DNA of 57,273 bases from an archaeon (GTDB lineage Archaea; EX4484-52; GLR71): NCBI GenBank assembly GCA_013138805.1, contig WTCA01000015.1, positions 1 through 57,273 on the forward strand, in the 5' to 3' direction. Below, piece after piece: positions 48,377 to 57,273 of this stretch (its first letter is position 1; each line of letters begins with the position of its first letter). A program made the position numbers and the translations under genes. The notes beneath the pieces were generated by a model, which saw nothing but the letters and a program-made list of their open reading frames with translations, was not told where the DNA came from and did no database searches.

Positions 48377-50863
48377 TCACTTAAACACCAGCAGGAATCC
48401 ACCTATGACCAGTCCCATGACCACTATGGCGACCGCAAGGTTAGTGTTCTCGACAATGCCTGTCACCAGACCGCCTGCTTTGGCAGTGGCATCATATCCC
48501 TTGCTGTGCGTCAGTATGGTCTCAGGGATGAATATGGTCAGGTTACGTGCATTGCTGACTGTACCTGTACCGAACTCGTCCCTGCACTGTCCCACAGCGC
48601 TCCAGACATCACCGTACCCAGTGCTACCCGATGGTATGGTGACCAGATTAACTGACGTGTCAGGCAACATGAATCCTGACCCAGACAGGGATCCCACCAC
48701 TGCACCGTTCCTTGTCACGTTCCATACAGCAGTCAGCAATGCACCCGCATCTGCGTCAGTGCAGTGCATGTGCAGGTATATGTTATTGTATGTGTATGCC
48801 GTATCATTGTCGAACGGGTCGAACGCTATGTCTGTCATCGCAAACGCAATGATCTCGGCAGGACTGTTGATTATATATGTATAGTCAGATATGTCGACAG
48901 GACTGATGTCTGTACCGTCACCGCAGGTCGTATACGCCCTGACAAACTGACTGCCACTGAATGTATGTTCAGGCACTGTCTTGACCAGTGTGGACTCGCT
49001 GTCATTGACTGTCATGCTACCCGACAGGTCAGGCAATAACGATATGCCTGCATAGATGTCCCAGTAAGCTGTCAATGTCTCCCCAGAATCTGAGTCTGAG
49101 CATGTCACGGTCAGGTTCAGAGTCTCATTGTTATACATGCTGTCAGGGTACAGGTCATTCTCAGATACCACAGGCACTGCATTGACGACAGTGAAATCAT
49201 ATAGTGCACTGGATGACTGGTGCCCTGCAGTATCATTGACGTAGTACCTGTAATAGACGATGTCGCCCTTGGCATATCCCGTATGGCTCATGACATGCCA
49301 GTATTCGTCCACTGAATATGTCAAGATCGTGTAATTGGTCGTCTGGTTGTACTCGAACAGGACAGTGTCTATGTCAGTCTCTATGACGGTCACGTTGAAC
49401 ATAGTATCTTGGTCAGTGGTGGGTGTGGCATTGATGGTCACTGCAGACAAGACTGGATATGTATTGTCTATCCTCATGGTACTGCTTAATATATCTGATG
49501 ATACTGCGATGCCGTCGGTCACGTTGGCAAGGACATAATAGTCAGCGTCTGGCACAGTATTCGTATCCCATTCATAGTAGCAGGTACCGTAGCTGGCGTT
49601 CAGCTCAAACACGGACAGGATCGTCCTGTTCGGGCTGAGGTCATCGTTCAGAAGATAGTAACTGCAATTTACCCAGTCCTGATTAGGGTCTGACACAGTC
49701 GTGTTGATCCATATGATGCCTGTCTCGGATATGCCCGTACCTGAGTATATGGTAGGAAACCCACCCCTGACACTGTCGGTATGCAACGTGAGTGCAGGTG
49801 GCAGGTTATCCAGCTGTCCTATCAGGTCATATATGACTTCGCCGGCATTATTATATACAGTGTCATTGACCTTGACCCTGAACTCACCCTGAAACCCGTT
49901 AAAGAATGTCAGGTGATGATTGCCACAGGATCCGGTCACGTCATTCCAAGTGACACCGTAATCTGCAGATAACTGATACTTGTCAGGGCATGAGATACCA
50001 TCGGTAGCCCAGACATCCCAGCTCTGTTCAAGGTTATTGGCATTGAAGCTGGTACCGATAGCATACATGGTATCTGTCACCTCGATGCCGTTGAAGGTGC
50101 CATTCTCGTCAGTGACGAAATTGAGGTTGTAATATGTCCCTTCATCATACAGGTCACCCACGCTGACTGCATCAGCAGGTGTGCAGACATCACTCAGCCT
50201 TACGTCTCCTGTGACATATGACTTATTGCATCCGTACACCACAAAGTCTATGGCTGTGGACACTGAGTTCTCGTCCGCCTGAAACCTGAACACGTAACTT
50301 GTATTGGCTGACACGGTCACGTTATTGATCTGCACCTTGACTATGTTACCCTGATACGCATTGATGGATGTGTCCTTGGATACGTTATCGGGATGAAAAT
50401 TGAATGTGGTCGGCATCCATTCATGAGCACCGGTCAGGTTAAGGCTGACCCGCACTGTCGTATTGTCAGGATTGCCCGCCACGAAACCGCAGTCCTTGTT
50501 GAGCCACCCGTCACTGTCCAGTGCAGGGTTCAGTGACCCGTTGATGAAAGACCAGTTGGCTTGGTATGAGTCTATGATGTCATATGCACGGTATGATACA
50601 CTGCATGACGACAGGTCTAGGTTAGGATCTGACAGGTTCCATCTAGCGTACAGCCCGCCCGTGACCGTCTCGTTCAGGTCGATGGGTGAATAGTAATGAT
50701 CTGTAAGGGCATAGTCAGATATGACAGGTGCAGTATTGTCCACCTCTATGCTGTAATATTCAGTCTGAGTATTGAGACCTCCTATGACTATGGCAGAGGC
50801 TGATGAAGACAATGACAGTAATACTATCAGGCTGACTGCTAAATATATAGTCATCTTATCCAT
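48377..50863 (-). CDS. large secreted surface protein with divergent GLTEN-like anchor
   Basis: Track ORF 48377..50872 (GTG). ATG at 50863. Signal peptide ends ...SSSASA. C-terminus KAGGLVTGIVENTNLAVAIVVMGLVIGGFLLVFK. Confidence 0.75.
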   Translation of the reverse strand: MDKMTIYLAVSLIVLLSLSSSASAIVIGGLNTQTEYYSIEVDNTAPVISDYALTDHYYSPIDLNETVTGGLYARWNLSDPNLDLSSCSVSYRAYDIIDSYQANWSFINGSLNPALDSDGWLNKDCGFVAGNPDNTTVRVSLNLTGAHEWMPTTFNFHPDNVSKDTSINAYQGNIVKVQINNVTVSANTSYVFRFQADENSVSTAIDFVVYGCNKSYVTGDVRLSDVCTPADAVSVGDLYDEGTYYNLNFVTDENGTFNGIEVTDTMYAIGTSFNANNLEQSWDVWATDGISCPDKYQLSADYGVTWNDVTGSCGNHHLTFFNGFQGEFRVKVNDTVYNNAGEVIYDLIGQLDNLPPALTLHTDSVRGGFPTIYSGTGISETGIIWINTTVSDPNQDWVNCSYYLLNDDLSPNRTILSVFELNASYGTCYYEWDTNTVPDADYYVLANVTDGIAVSSDILSSTMRIDNTYPVLSAVTINATPTTDQDTMFNVTVIETDIDTVLFEYNQTTNYTILTYSVDEYWHVMSHTGYAKGDIVYYRYYVNDTAGHQSSSALYDFTVVNAVPVVSENDLYPDSMYNNETLNLTVTCSDSDSGETLTAYWDIYAGISLLPDLSGSMTVNDSESTLVKTVPEHTFSGSQFVRAYTTCGDGTDISPVDISDYTYIINSPAEIIAFAMTDIAFDPFDNDTAYTYNNIYLHMHCTDADAGALLTAVWNVTRNGAVVGSLSGSGFMLPDTSVNLVTIPSGSTGYGDVWSAVGQCRDEFGTGTVSNARNLTIFIPETILTHSKGYDATAKAGGLVTGIVENTNLAVAIVVMGLVIGGFLLVFK

Positions 50864-50868
50864 GTATA

Positions 50869-52989
50869 TCACTCAAGCTTGCATCTTTCTCCTACAGCCA
50901 CGTCACAGTATGCTGTGCTGGTATATATGACATGATACTGTACAGTCTCAATATATGTTATCGGGAACCCTGTACCCAATAGGTCTTCAAAGTCTATGTA
51001 CCAGTCACGCCATATGAAATGACCAGTACCAGTATCTCTCACAGTCATCAATGATTTCGGTATAGCAAAACCGAACAGGACATCTGTGGCAGGTCTGTCA
51101 AATTCCATATTGAAAACATACTCACCGTTACCTGTATCATATATGCCTGCAGTCACATTGAAATTGGTCACCTGTGCAGGTGTCAGGACATGATATTCAC
51201 CGCCTGAATAATACCCAAAATAGATCTTCTTGCACACTGCACCCTTGCAGAAATTGATGCCGTCTATCTGGATATCATAGGTCAGACCACACAGGTCACC
51301 GTAAGTATGATCATCCGTCGCAGACAGCTCAACCGTGTAATCACCGTCATCCCAACCACTCGTATCTATGACATGCCCGAAACTGAATATGGTGGTGTTC
51401 CAGTCATCGGTGTAATTGCTGTGCTTGACCGCATCGTACTGGTCAGTCACGTTGAGGAGTATACGGTACAGGTTAGCGTCATTGACTGATGCGTCCCATG
51501 TCACGCTGTCCGCCACGACTGTGCTGTTGTCATAGGCTGGATATGAACCCAGTGTCCAGTCTGGATATACGGTATCGATGGTGACATTGTAATATGCAGA
51601 CCATGAACCGTAACCGTTACCTAGAGTATCATTGGCTCTGACATGCCAGTGATACAGACCGTCACCCAGCTCGTCCACGGCTGTCAGTGCATTGTACAGG
51701 TCATAGATGCTATCTATGTCAGTGGTTATGTTGCCCGCCTCAAAACCGGTGCTGTTGGATACCTGCAACTGATATGCGTCCACACTGGTCTGGTCATATG
51801 GCTGTGTCCAAGTAAAGTTAGTCTGGTTGACATTGGTATGGTCAGTGTCATAGGGCAACAGGTTGACCGGCATTGCCGGTGGCAATGTATCCACGCTGAA
51901 ATGTACAGTGGCAGATATGTTCTGGTTGTCAGCCGTGTCATTGCACATGAAATATACCTGATGACTGCCCTGTGTCATGGTAGAGTTCTCACCGTAATAA
52001 TCGTCACCGTACCCAGCGTAAGGCAGGTGTATGTAGCCAACACTGTCAAGGTCATACCAGCAGGTGTCCAAGTTGATGTCTATGGCGGTCACGTTAAAGG
52101 CGATTGTGGTTGACGGGTATGTCGTGTTGAACGGTGAATTGACGGTCAGTACAGGATATATTGTATCTACTGTCAGCGTATATGCACCTGACCAGCTACC
52201 AAAACCGTTACCCTCAGTATCATTGGCACGGACTCGCCAATGATAGATGCTGTCGTCTAACGATTCAGGAGCAGTCACTGTATAATCACTGTCTGATATG
52301 TCATCCCTGTCAAGGGTCAGGTTACCAGCCTCAAACCCTGTGCTGTTAGATACCTGCAACTGATACACGTCAATGCCTGTCCTGTCATACGGTTCAGTCC
52401 AGTCAAGATATGGCGTGTCAGTATTGATGAGAGACCCGTTATCTGGCGATACCAATACGGGCGCTTCAGGAGGTGCAATGTCTGGAGGGCGTGTGACATC
52501 AAGATATATATGGTCATAACTCACACTGACACCTATCATGTATGCCTGAACTTCCAAGCCGTTCAGCTCTGAGCCAGTATCGACACTGCAGTTGCCTGTC
52601 AGGTTGCAGGAGTACAGTCCAGTAAAGCCCACTGCAGTCATACAAGACCCGCACTGGCTATGTGACCCAGTCACATTCGTATATATATATGTGTAAGCAT
52701 TCGGGTGCGTAAAATCAATCTCGACGTATATCATGACTGATGGCAATACCTCTCCTGCTTCGACGGTACCGTTCCAACCATGGACTGTTATGTTCTCACT
52801 GTCAGCAAGAGAGTACAGGACACCATCTGACTGGTTGACTCTAGATGTCACATCAGTTGCACCACCGTCATAGGCTGTCGCATCGGTAGGTATCCATGTC
52901 TCAGATACTGCCATGACAGGGTAGGATAGTGACAGGATAGCTAAGGCTACTATGACATAGACCCATCGTGATCTTGATACCCTGTACAT
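50869..52989 (-). CDS. large secreted protein with duplicated ~100-aa Ig/FN3-like modules
   Basis: Track ORF to 52992 (TTG). The ATG at 52989 is preceded by GAGGTGA. The YQLQVSNSTGFEAGN...YHWRVRANDTEGNGFGSWS module occurs twice. No TM anchor. Confidence 0.75.
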   Translation of the reverse strand: MYRVSRSRWVYVIVALAILSLSYPVMAVSETWIPTDATAYDGGATDVTSRVNQSDGVLYSLADSENITVHGWNGTVEAGEVLPSVMIYVEIDFTHPNAYTYIYTNVTGSHSQCGSCMTAVGFTGLYSCNLTGNCSVDTGSELNGLEVQAYMIGVSVSYDHIYLDVTRPPDIAPPEAPVLVSPDNGSLINTDTPYLDWTEPYDRTGIDVYQLQVSNSTGFEAGNLTLDRDDISDSDYTVTAPESLDDSIYHWRVRANDTEGNGFGSWSGAYTLTVDTIYPVLTVNSPFNTTYPSTTIAFNVTAIDINLDTCWYDLDSVGYIHLPYAGYGDDYYGENSTMTQGSHQVYFMCNDTADNQNISATVHFSVDTLPPAMPVNLLPYDTDHTNVNQTNFTWTQPYDQTSVDAYQLQVSNSTGFEAGNITTDIDSIYDLYNALTAVDELGDGLYHWHVRANDTLGNGYGSWSAYYNVTIDTVYPDWTLGSYPAYDNSTVVADSVTWDASVNDANLYRILLNVTDQYDAVKHSNYTDDWNTTIFSFGHVIDTSGWDDGDYTVELSATDDHTYGDLCGLTYDIQIDGINFCKGAVCKKIYFGYYSGGEYHVLTPAQVTNFNVTAGIYDTGNGEYVFNMEFDRPATDVLFGFAIPKSLMTVRDTGTGHFIWRDWYIDFEDLLGTGFPITYIETVQYHVIYTSTAYCDVAVGERCKLE

Positions 52990-53019
52990 CAACTTTCACC
53001 TCTTTCGTCCTTTCAATCG

Positions 53020-53424
53020 TCAGCCTTCATCTCTCCGAAGATACCTGTCTGGCGGTCTGTCCTGTTGCCTGTCTTCATACACAGGTTCCGGTTCCGGTTC
53101 AGCCACTTCATCATCACCGTCAGACATCCGTTTAAGTCTCTCTATCAGGTTTTGGTCTATCCAGTCCACACCTTGCATTACTATAGGATATATGTTCAAT
53201 ATAGCTTTAATGCCCCTGTAATATACCCAGAAGAATAGGTATATCATCCCCAGTGCGACTGCTATGACAGTTATCAATATGATCCAGTACGCCAGTGACG
53301 TGACAAAGAAAGACACTGCCTGCGTAGATGTCTGGATGAATGTTGACAGTGAATCAAAAGATGTACTGACCGCCTTGAAGCTCAGGTCACTCACTGTCAC
53401 ATTGTCAATAGCCATATTTGACAC
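53020..53424 (-). CDS. membrane protein
   Basis: 134 aa with 2 TM helices and a PEPEP tail. Confidence 0.6.
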   Translation of the reverse strand: MSNMAIDNVTVSDLSFKAVSTSFDSLSTFIQTSTQAVSFFVTSLAYWIILITVIAVALGMIYLFFWVYYRGIKAILNIYPIVMQGVDWIDQNLIERLKRMSDGDDEVAEPEPEPVYEDRQQDRPPDRYLRRDEG

Positions 53425-53430
53425 CCCTCG

Positions 53431-54249
53431 TCATCTCTGTGTCATCCTCTTGGACAGGAACCTGACGCCTATCAGGATAGATAACAGCAGTGCAGGGAAC
53501 AGGATGTACTTGACCAGTATGAGCAGTATGGTTATGGTCACATAATATACCAGTGCCACTATGTTGATCAGGTACTGGCTTATCTTCTGGATGATGACCA
53601 GCCAGCTGTTGACCGTCTTCTTCTGGCAGACTAGGACGCTCTCTGACGCATCAAACACTGAGTAGTCATATATAGAATCCTTGACTGTGTATATGACTTC
53701 AAGGGTGACATCATAGTGGGGGACGAACAGGCAGAAATCTGAGCTGATACCATTTGCGTCAGGCAACGGTAACTGATAAGCCATGTAATAACTGCCCGTG
53801 CTGGCATATGTAGATCCCTGAGATATGTCTATCACATATTTCGCAGACATACCGCACCTGATATATACAGGATTGTACACAGACGTGTTATAGGTACCTG
53901 TACTGTCCGTGAACTTGAACAGCACCAGCCTGTTCTTGCCGGTCACGTCCATGACTATGAACTGATATGGCGGTGCGGATATCAGTGTATCATTGGCGAT
54001 CTCATTGGCACCAAAGTCATATACTGTGTCACCCGTACCACTGAATACCATGGCAAGGTCAAACAGCCAGTCATACTCGTCATATGTCCGTGCTATGCTG
54101 TCCAGCGAGTCGTCGTCTATGTACTCAGCAGACTCATTGAACGGCGTGGCATAGACTGATGTGGCTGAGGCTGACAATGACAGCAGTATGATGAACAGCA
54201 ATGCTGTGACAGTATATGATCTTTTTGTTACATCTTTAAATGTTATCAT
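53431..54249 (-). CDS. membrane protein (signal anchor + C-terminal TM pair)
   Basis: 272 aa. ATGA overlap with the upstream gene. Confidence 0.65.
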   Translation of the reverse strand: MITFKDVTKRSYTVTALLFIILLSLSASATSVYATPFNESAEYIDDDSLDSIARTYDEYDWLFDLAMVFSGTGDTVYDFGANEIANDTLISAPPYQFIVMDVTGKNRLVLFKFTDSTGTYNTSVYNPVYIRCGMSAKYVIDISQGSTYASTGSYYMAYQLPLPDANGISSDFCLFVPHYDVTLEVIYTVKDSIYDYSVFDASESVLVCQKKTVNSWLVIIQKISQYLINIVALVYYVTITILLILVKYILFPALLLSILIGVRFLSKRMTQR

Positions 54250-54959
54250 ACCAATACCCCCTGCAACGTAGTCCAGCCCTCGATTAGCACCTTGATGACG
54301 ACAGCCAGTATGATCGCCTTGCCTAGACCCTGACCAGTACCTACCATGACACCTATCACGGCAAGGAGCAGGAATATCTGAAGCGCTGACTTATACTCGT
54401 TGTAATAATACCTGAACGGATTGACCGTCGCCTCATCAATGCTGAAGTCATATGAATATATGCCCTTGTCAAGCACGTCCAGCTCACCCACGACAATCTG
54501 CTGTGTCAATGAGCTGATGTCAGGTGTCTGGTTATATGCCACCCACCTATAACTGCCTTTGATCAGGTATGTGTCATAGGTACCGAAAGATGATATGTTG
54601 ACGCAGGACTGACCATCCCTGTATATGTTGTGGTACGCTTCCTGCGGTGTGTATTCCTTGGTGAAGTTAAGTGACAGTAGCTTACCTATGCTCTTGCCCC
54701 AGTCATACCCGTCATCATATGCATCCACGTCAGGAGCTACTCTCTTGATGAACACGATGTCCATGAAATCGTTGTAATAAGGTCTGTCTCTCAGCTCGGA
54801 CATGTTGACAGATGACGCATTGACGACGTAGCCGTATACGCAGATCTCAGTGTAGTTGGCGTCTGTGACACCTGTCGACACTGCTGACACTGTGCATGGC
54901 ATCATAATGGTCAGTGCCAGTATCATAAGACCTATGACTATCAGATTATACCTTGACAT
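54246..54959 (-). CDS. secreted/membrane protein
   Basis: 237 aa. Signal peptide ends ...CTVSAVS. C-terminal TM helices. Confidence 0.65.
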   Translation of the reverse strand: MSRYNLIVIGLMILALTIMMPCTVSAVSTGVTDANYTEICVYGYVVNASSVNMSELRDRPYYNDFMDIVFIKRVAPDVDAYDDGYDWGKSIGKLLSLNFTKEYTPQEAYHNIYRDGQSCVNISSFGTYDTYLIKGSYRWVAYNQTPDISSLTQQIVVGELDVLDKGIYSYDFSIDEATVNPFRYYYNEYKSALQIFLLLAVIGVMVGTGQGLGKAIILAVVIKVLIEGWTTLQGVLV

Positions 54960-54960
54960 A

Positions 54961-57117
54961 TCAGATCCGACCTCCCTTTTTCCTGAACAGGTTGAACAGG
55001 TCGATAAAGATGTAGAATATTGTCACCAGCAACGCAATCGAAAATATTATCATCATTATGTTGGCAAAGGGTGACCACAGCACCGAGTCGACGTACAGTA
55101 TGGTGGCATGTATCTCCTCAGCCCAGTATACGTTATCGCTCTCCACACAGGTCGATCTTCGGTATACCTTGGGCACTGCCTCATGGCAAGTGTTGATATC
55201 CACGCAGGTCTGGGTCTTCTGACTATTGACGCAGTCTGACCATTGCGTACATTCATACTGTGGCTGGCATGTGGTGTACAATATATAGGTCTGCAGGTCA
55301 CCTGACCCTACCAGAGACGTATTGATGCCAGTCACAGGGTCATATCCTTCAACATCACAGGTCTGCGTGGTGTCTGGCTTATATATCTCAGTACCGCAAG
55401 CGTTCAGGTCAGTGACTGTCCGTGTCTGGATACCCAGCGAGCACAGGCTCCATGCACCAGTGTACCAGTTTTCAGTGCAGGTCAATGGCGACACAGTATC
55501 TACCTTAGATGTCGAGTATACCGTGAACCCTGTAGACCCTGCAAATAGCATGTCCTGATTTTCAGTCAAAGGTTCCACTATGTTATATTCACCGTCCAGA
55601 TTGGTATTGAGTCCTACATTGGGCAGAGACAGGTACCCTGCTACATGCTCAGGGAAATCCTCGTAACCGACAGTGTACCTGTATATGATTATACCCTCAT
55701 CATTCTGGAATATGACCTCTGGTATGTTACCGAACATGGTCGACTTGCCCATTGTAGAGATGTCTGTGAGCGTTATCGTCATGCTACCTGAATATACACC
55801 GCCGTAAATCATGTTATAATTATTGTCATCAGTGATAAATGATATCTCGGCACCGTCTGAACGCACGTCAAAGTTATCGACATCTATATTGTTATATGTC
55901 ACCTGCGGTTCATATATGTCTGCACCTATTATTGTCTCTGAAAGGTTATTGTATACGTCATCCACCTTGACAGATATCAGTCCTGACTTGGCAAGGCTAT
56001 CTATATAGAACAGAAAATTGACCTCTGAATAACCATCAAAATTAGTGTCGCCTACACCCACACCGTAGATGCCTTCCAGATAATCTGCACTGACATTGCC
56101 TGACTCAGTGAACTCAAATATCTGGCTGATCGTACTTGAGCTTATCCTGTATCCGTACACACCGCACAGTGCCCCCAGACTGTAATTCTCGCACATGGAA
56201 TATATCACGTCAACATAGTCATAATCGACGAACTTACCTATGTCTGCACCTGTTATGACACCGCCCTGAGCTATATACGGCAGGACTGGTATAGTATCAT
56301 TGGACTGCTCGACAAGGCTGGTATCCAACAGTGCCACGTTACCGCTCGTCACACCTACCTGTGCATCTCCAGTATGAACTATTATCACGTTGTCATCATA
56401 GTTATCATATATGAGATTGATGATGCCTGTGTAATCTGAATTGACCTTATTGACCAGCCCTGTAGCCTTGTCTACCCTTGCCACTGTAGTAGATGTCGCA
56501 TAGTATAGGTACCCTGAATCCTGTGACCCGTCAATGCTGACCAGACCAGTCACAGGCACTGAGTACAGTTCTTCCAGCTGATATGACGAGAACCGTGAAG
56601 GCTCATCTTCGTCTGTCTGGATATATGCCAGTATATTGATGTGACCATCACCAGTCTGAGGTTCTGCAGATGATATAGATACATGAGCATAACTGCCATC
56701 TGTCGTAATCATGTCAAATACATTATATTGCGTGTTGCAGTTGCTCAGGGTTATATCCCAATCTACCTGAGTCAGCAGGCTATCGTTTATATTTGAGCCT
56801 ATGACCTTATCTGTAATAGGTAAGCTACCGAAAGATATATGGTTCATCAGAGATACATTAAGCATGTCCAGATGCCGATTAGCAGAGCATCCGCCTGTCC
56901 TAAGTATCTGAAACGAGAAGTCATCAATGCTATCAGAATCTATATCAAAATAATATACAGATGTAGTGGTCGCCAGATTGATATCTGAATGTATATCTAT
57001 GTCTCCGTACAGATAGCCTACATCAATGGATGCAGACCCGACAGGACATATCATGAGAAGTATCAATAATGCCACAAAAAATGATTTACATACATTGGAT
57101 GTCATGACGATAACCAT
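54961..57117 (-). CDS. large surface protein: FG-GAP/VCBS-like Ca-binding loops, two Cys-rich TSP1-like repeats, C-terminal TM anchor
   Basis: Signal peptide ends ...CPVGSA. DIDSDSIDD and DTNFDGYSE loops. CTENWYTGAWSLCSLGIQTRTVTDLNACG and CTQWSDCVNSQKTQTCVDINTCH repeats. A TM helix and RKKGGRI tail. Confidence 0.7.
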   Translation of the reverse strand: MVIVMTSNVCKSFFVALLILLMICPVGSASIDVGYLYGDIDIHSDINLATTTSVYYFDIDSDSIDDFSFQILRTGGCSANRHLDMLNVSLMNHISFGSLPITDKVIGSNINDSLLTQVDWDITLSNCNTQYNVFDMITTDGSYAHVSISSAEPQTGDGHINILAYIQTDEDEPSRFSSYQLEELYSVPVTGLVSIDGSQDSGYLYYATSTTVARVDKATGLVNKVNSDYTGIINLIYDNYDDNVIIVHTGDAQVGVTSGNVALLDTSLVEQSNDTIPVLPYIAQGGVITGADIGKFVDYDYVDVIYSMCENYSLGALCGVYGYRISSSTISQIFEFTESGNVSADYLEGIYGVGVGDTNFDGYSEVNFLFYIDSLAKSGLISVKVDDVYNNLSETIIGADIYEPQVTYNNIDVDNFDVRSDGAEISFITDDNNYNMIYGGVYSGSMTITLTDISTMGKSTMFGNIPEVIFQNDEGIIIYRYTVGYEDFPEHVAGYLSLPNVGLNTNLDGEYNIVEPLTENQDMLFAGSTGFTVYSTSKVDTVSPLTCTENWYTGAWSLCSLGIQTRTVTDLNACGTEIYKPDTTQTCDVEGYDPVTGINTSLVGSGDLQTYILYTTCQPQYECTQWSDCVNSQKTQTCVDINTCHEAVPKVYRRSTCVESDNVYWAEEIHATILYVDSVLWSPFANIMMIIFSIALLVTIFYIFIDLFNLFRKKGGRI

Positions 57118-57143
57118 AATACTCTATATTTTAGAATCCTCTC

Positions 57144-57159
57144 TATATAAGATAACATC
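57144..57159 (-). promoter_or_regulatory. recurrent promoter motif variant (minus strand GATGTTATCTTATATA)
   Basis: About 27 nt upstream of the ATG at 57117, so the mRNA is probably near-leaderless. Heads the six-gene minus-strand operon. Confidence 0.55.
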
Positions 57160-57273
57160 AACGTGACCTGACCGACATAGCTTTCATGCATATCATGTGA
57201 TATCATATGATTTACATTGCAATATACACTGTTTCAGCATAGAGGATCAGCTGACATTGAACTTATCTATCTT

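Noticed and set aside
48405-52113. Plus-strand ORFs inside the large minus-strand surface-protein genes (48405..48884, 51643..52113, 46403..46777 and others).
   Set aside because: They are embedded antisense in long, repeat-structured, signal-peptide-bearing minus-strand ORFs and have no start context.
57192-57211. An imperfect 20-bp palindrome (ATCATGTGATATCATATGAT) upstream of the operon promoter, as a regulator site.
   Set aside because: It has a single occurrence with one mismatched pair in AT-rich DNA. It lies at the window edge, so the context is missing. Noted but not strong enough to call.

Overview
This window reads as a densely packed archaeal mobile genetic element, either a virus/provirus or a large plasmid. 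It is not core chromosome. The evidence is as follows. TTATAAA-type TATA boxes sit about 25-40 nt upstream of start codons. GGTGA/GGAGG Shine-Dalgarno sites and ATGA/TGATG start-stop overlaps are common. Oligo-T terminators are present. One protein carries a PEF-CTERM-like (archaeosortase-type) tail. The recognisable genes are typical MGE genes: ArdC-like antirestriction/zincin, phage-type Dam methyltransferase, YopX, GNAT, a MarR-like wHTH, a Top6A/Spo11-like Toprim protein and a P-loop ATPase. I could not recognise a capsid, portal, terminase nuclease, integrase, replication initiator, rRNA, tRNA or CRISPR array.

Layout:
- 1-8.2 kb (+): small Zn-ribbon, membrane and lipobox proteins, a long disordered KP/EP-repeat protein and the ATPase.
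- 8.4-26.8 kb (+): about 37 co-oriented small genes. Thirty-three of them (plus a 34th, outlier copy at 73) start with one of two conserved N-terminal leader peptides. Leader A is M-T-T-R-F-[MI]-T-K-G-[KR]-G-x-G-R-K-V-I-P. Leader B is M-V-R-[RK]-F-[KR]-S-D-A-Q-R-K-A-V-M. The protein bodies behind the leaders are mostly unrelated.
- 27.07-27.23 kb: a 23-bp x 6 tandem-repeat block at a convergent junction.
- 27.4-29.85 kb (-): YopX, a PEF-CTERM protein, and a Dam gene flanked by a perfect 39-bp direct repeat.
- 29.85-30.05 kb: a divergent control region with twin palindromes around a TATA box.
- 30-43.1 kb (+): ArdC, the Toprim protein, a transglutaminase-like Cys-peptidase candidate, an ADP-ribosyltransferase-like protein and the wHTH.
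- 43.1-57.1 kb (-): a secreted/membrane-protein module. Nine proteins, seven of them here and including three 53-58 aa mini-proteins, share a previously unfamiliar C-terminal module: G-E-[ILV]-P-[AS]-G-x-[IV]-L-G-[LVM]-T-E-N, then a TM helix, then a basic tail.

The two leader families and the GLTEN anchor module are the most interesting candidates for undescribed biology. All coordinates and motif calls were derived by eye from the sequence and the ORF track. No searches or structure predictions were run.
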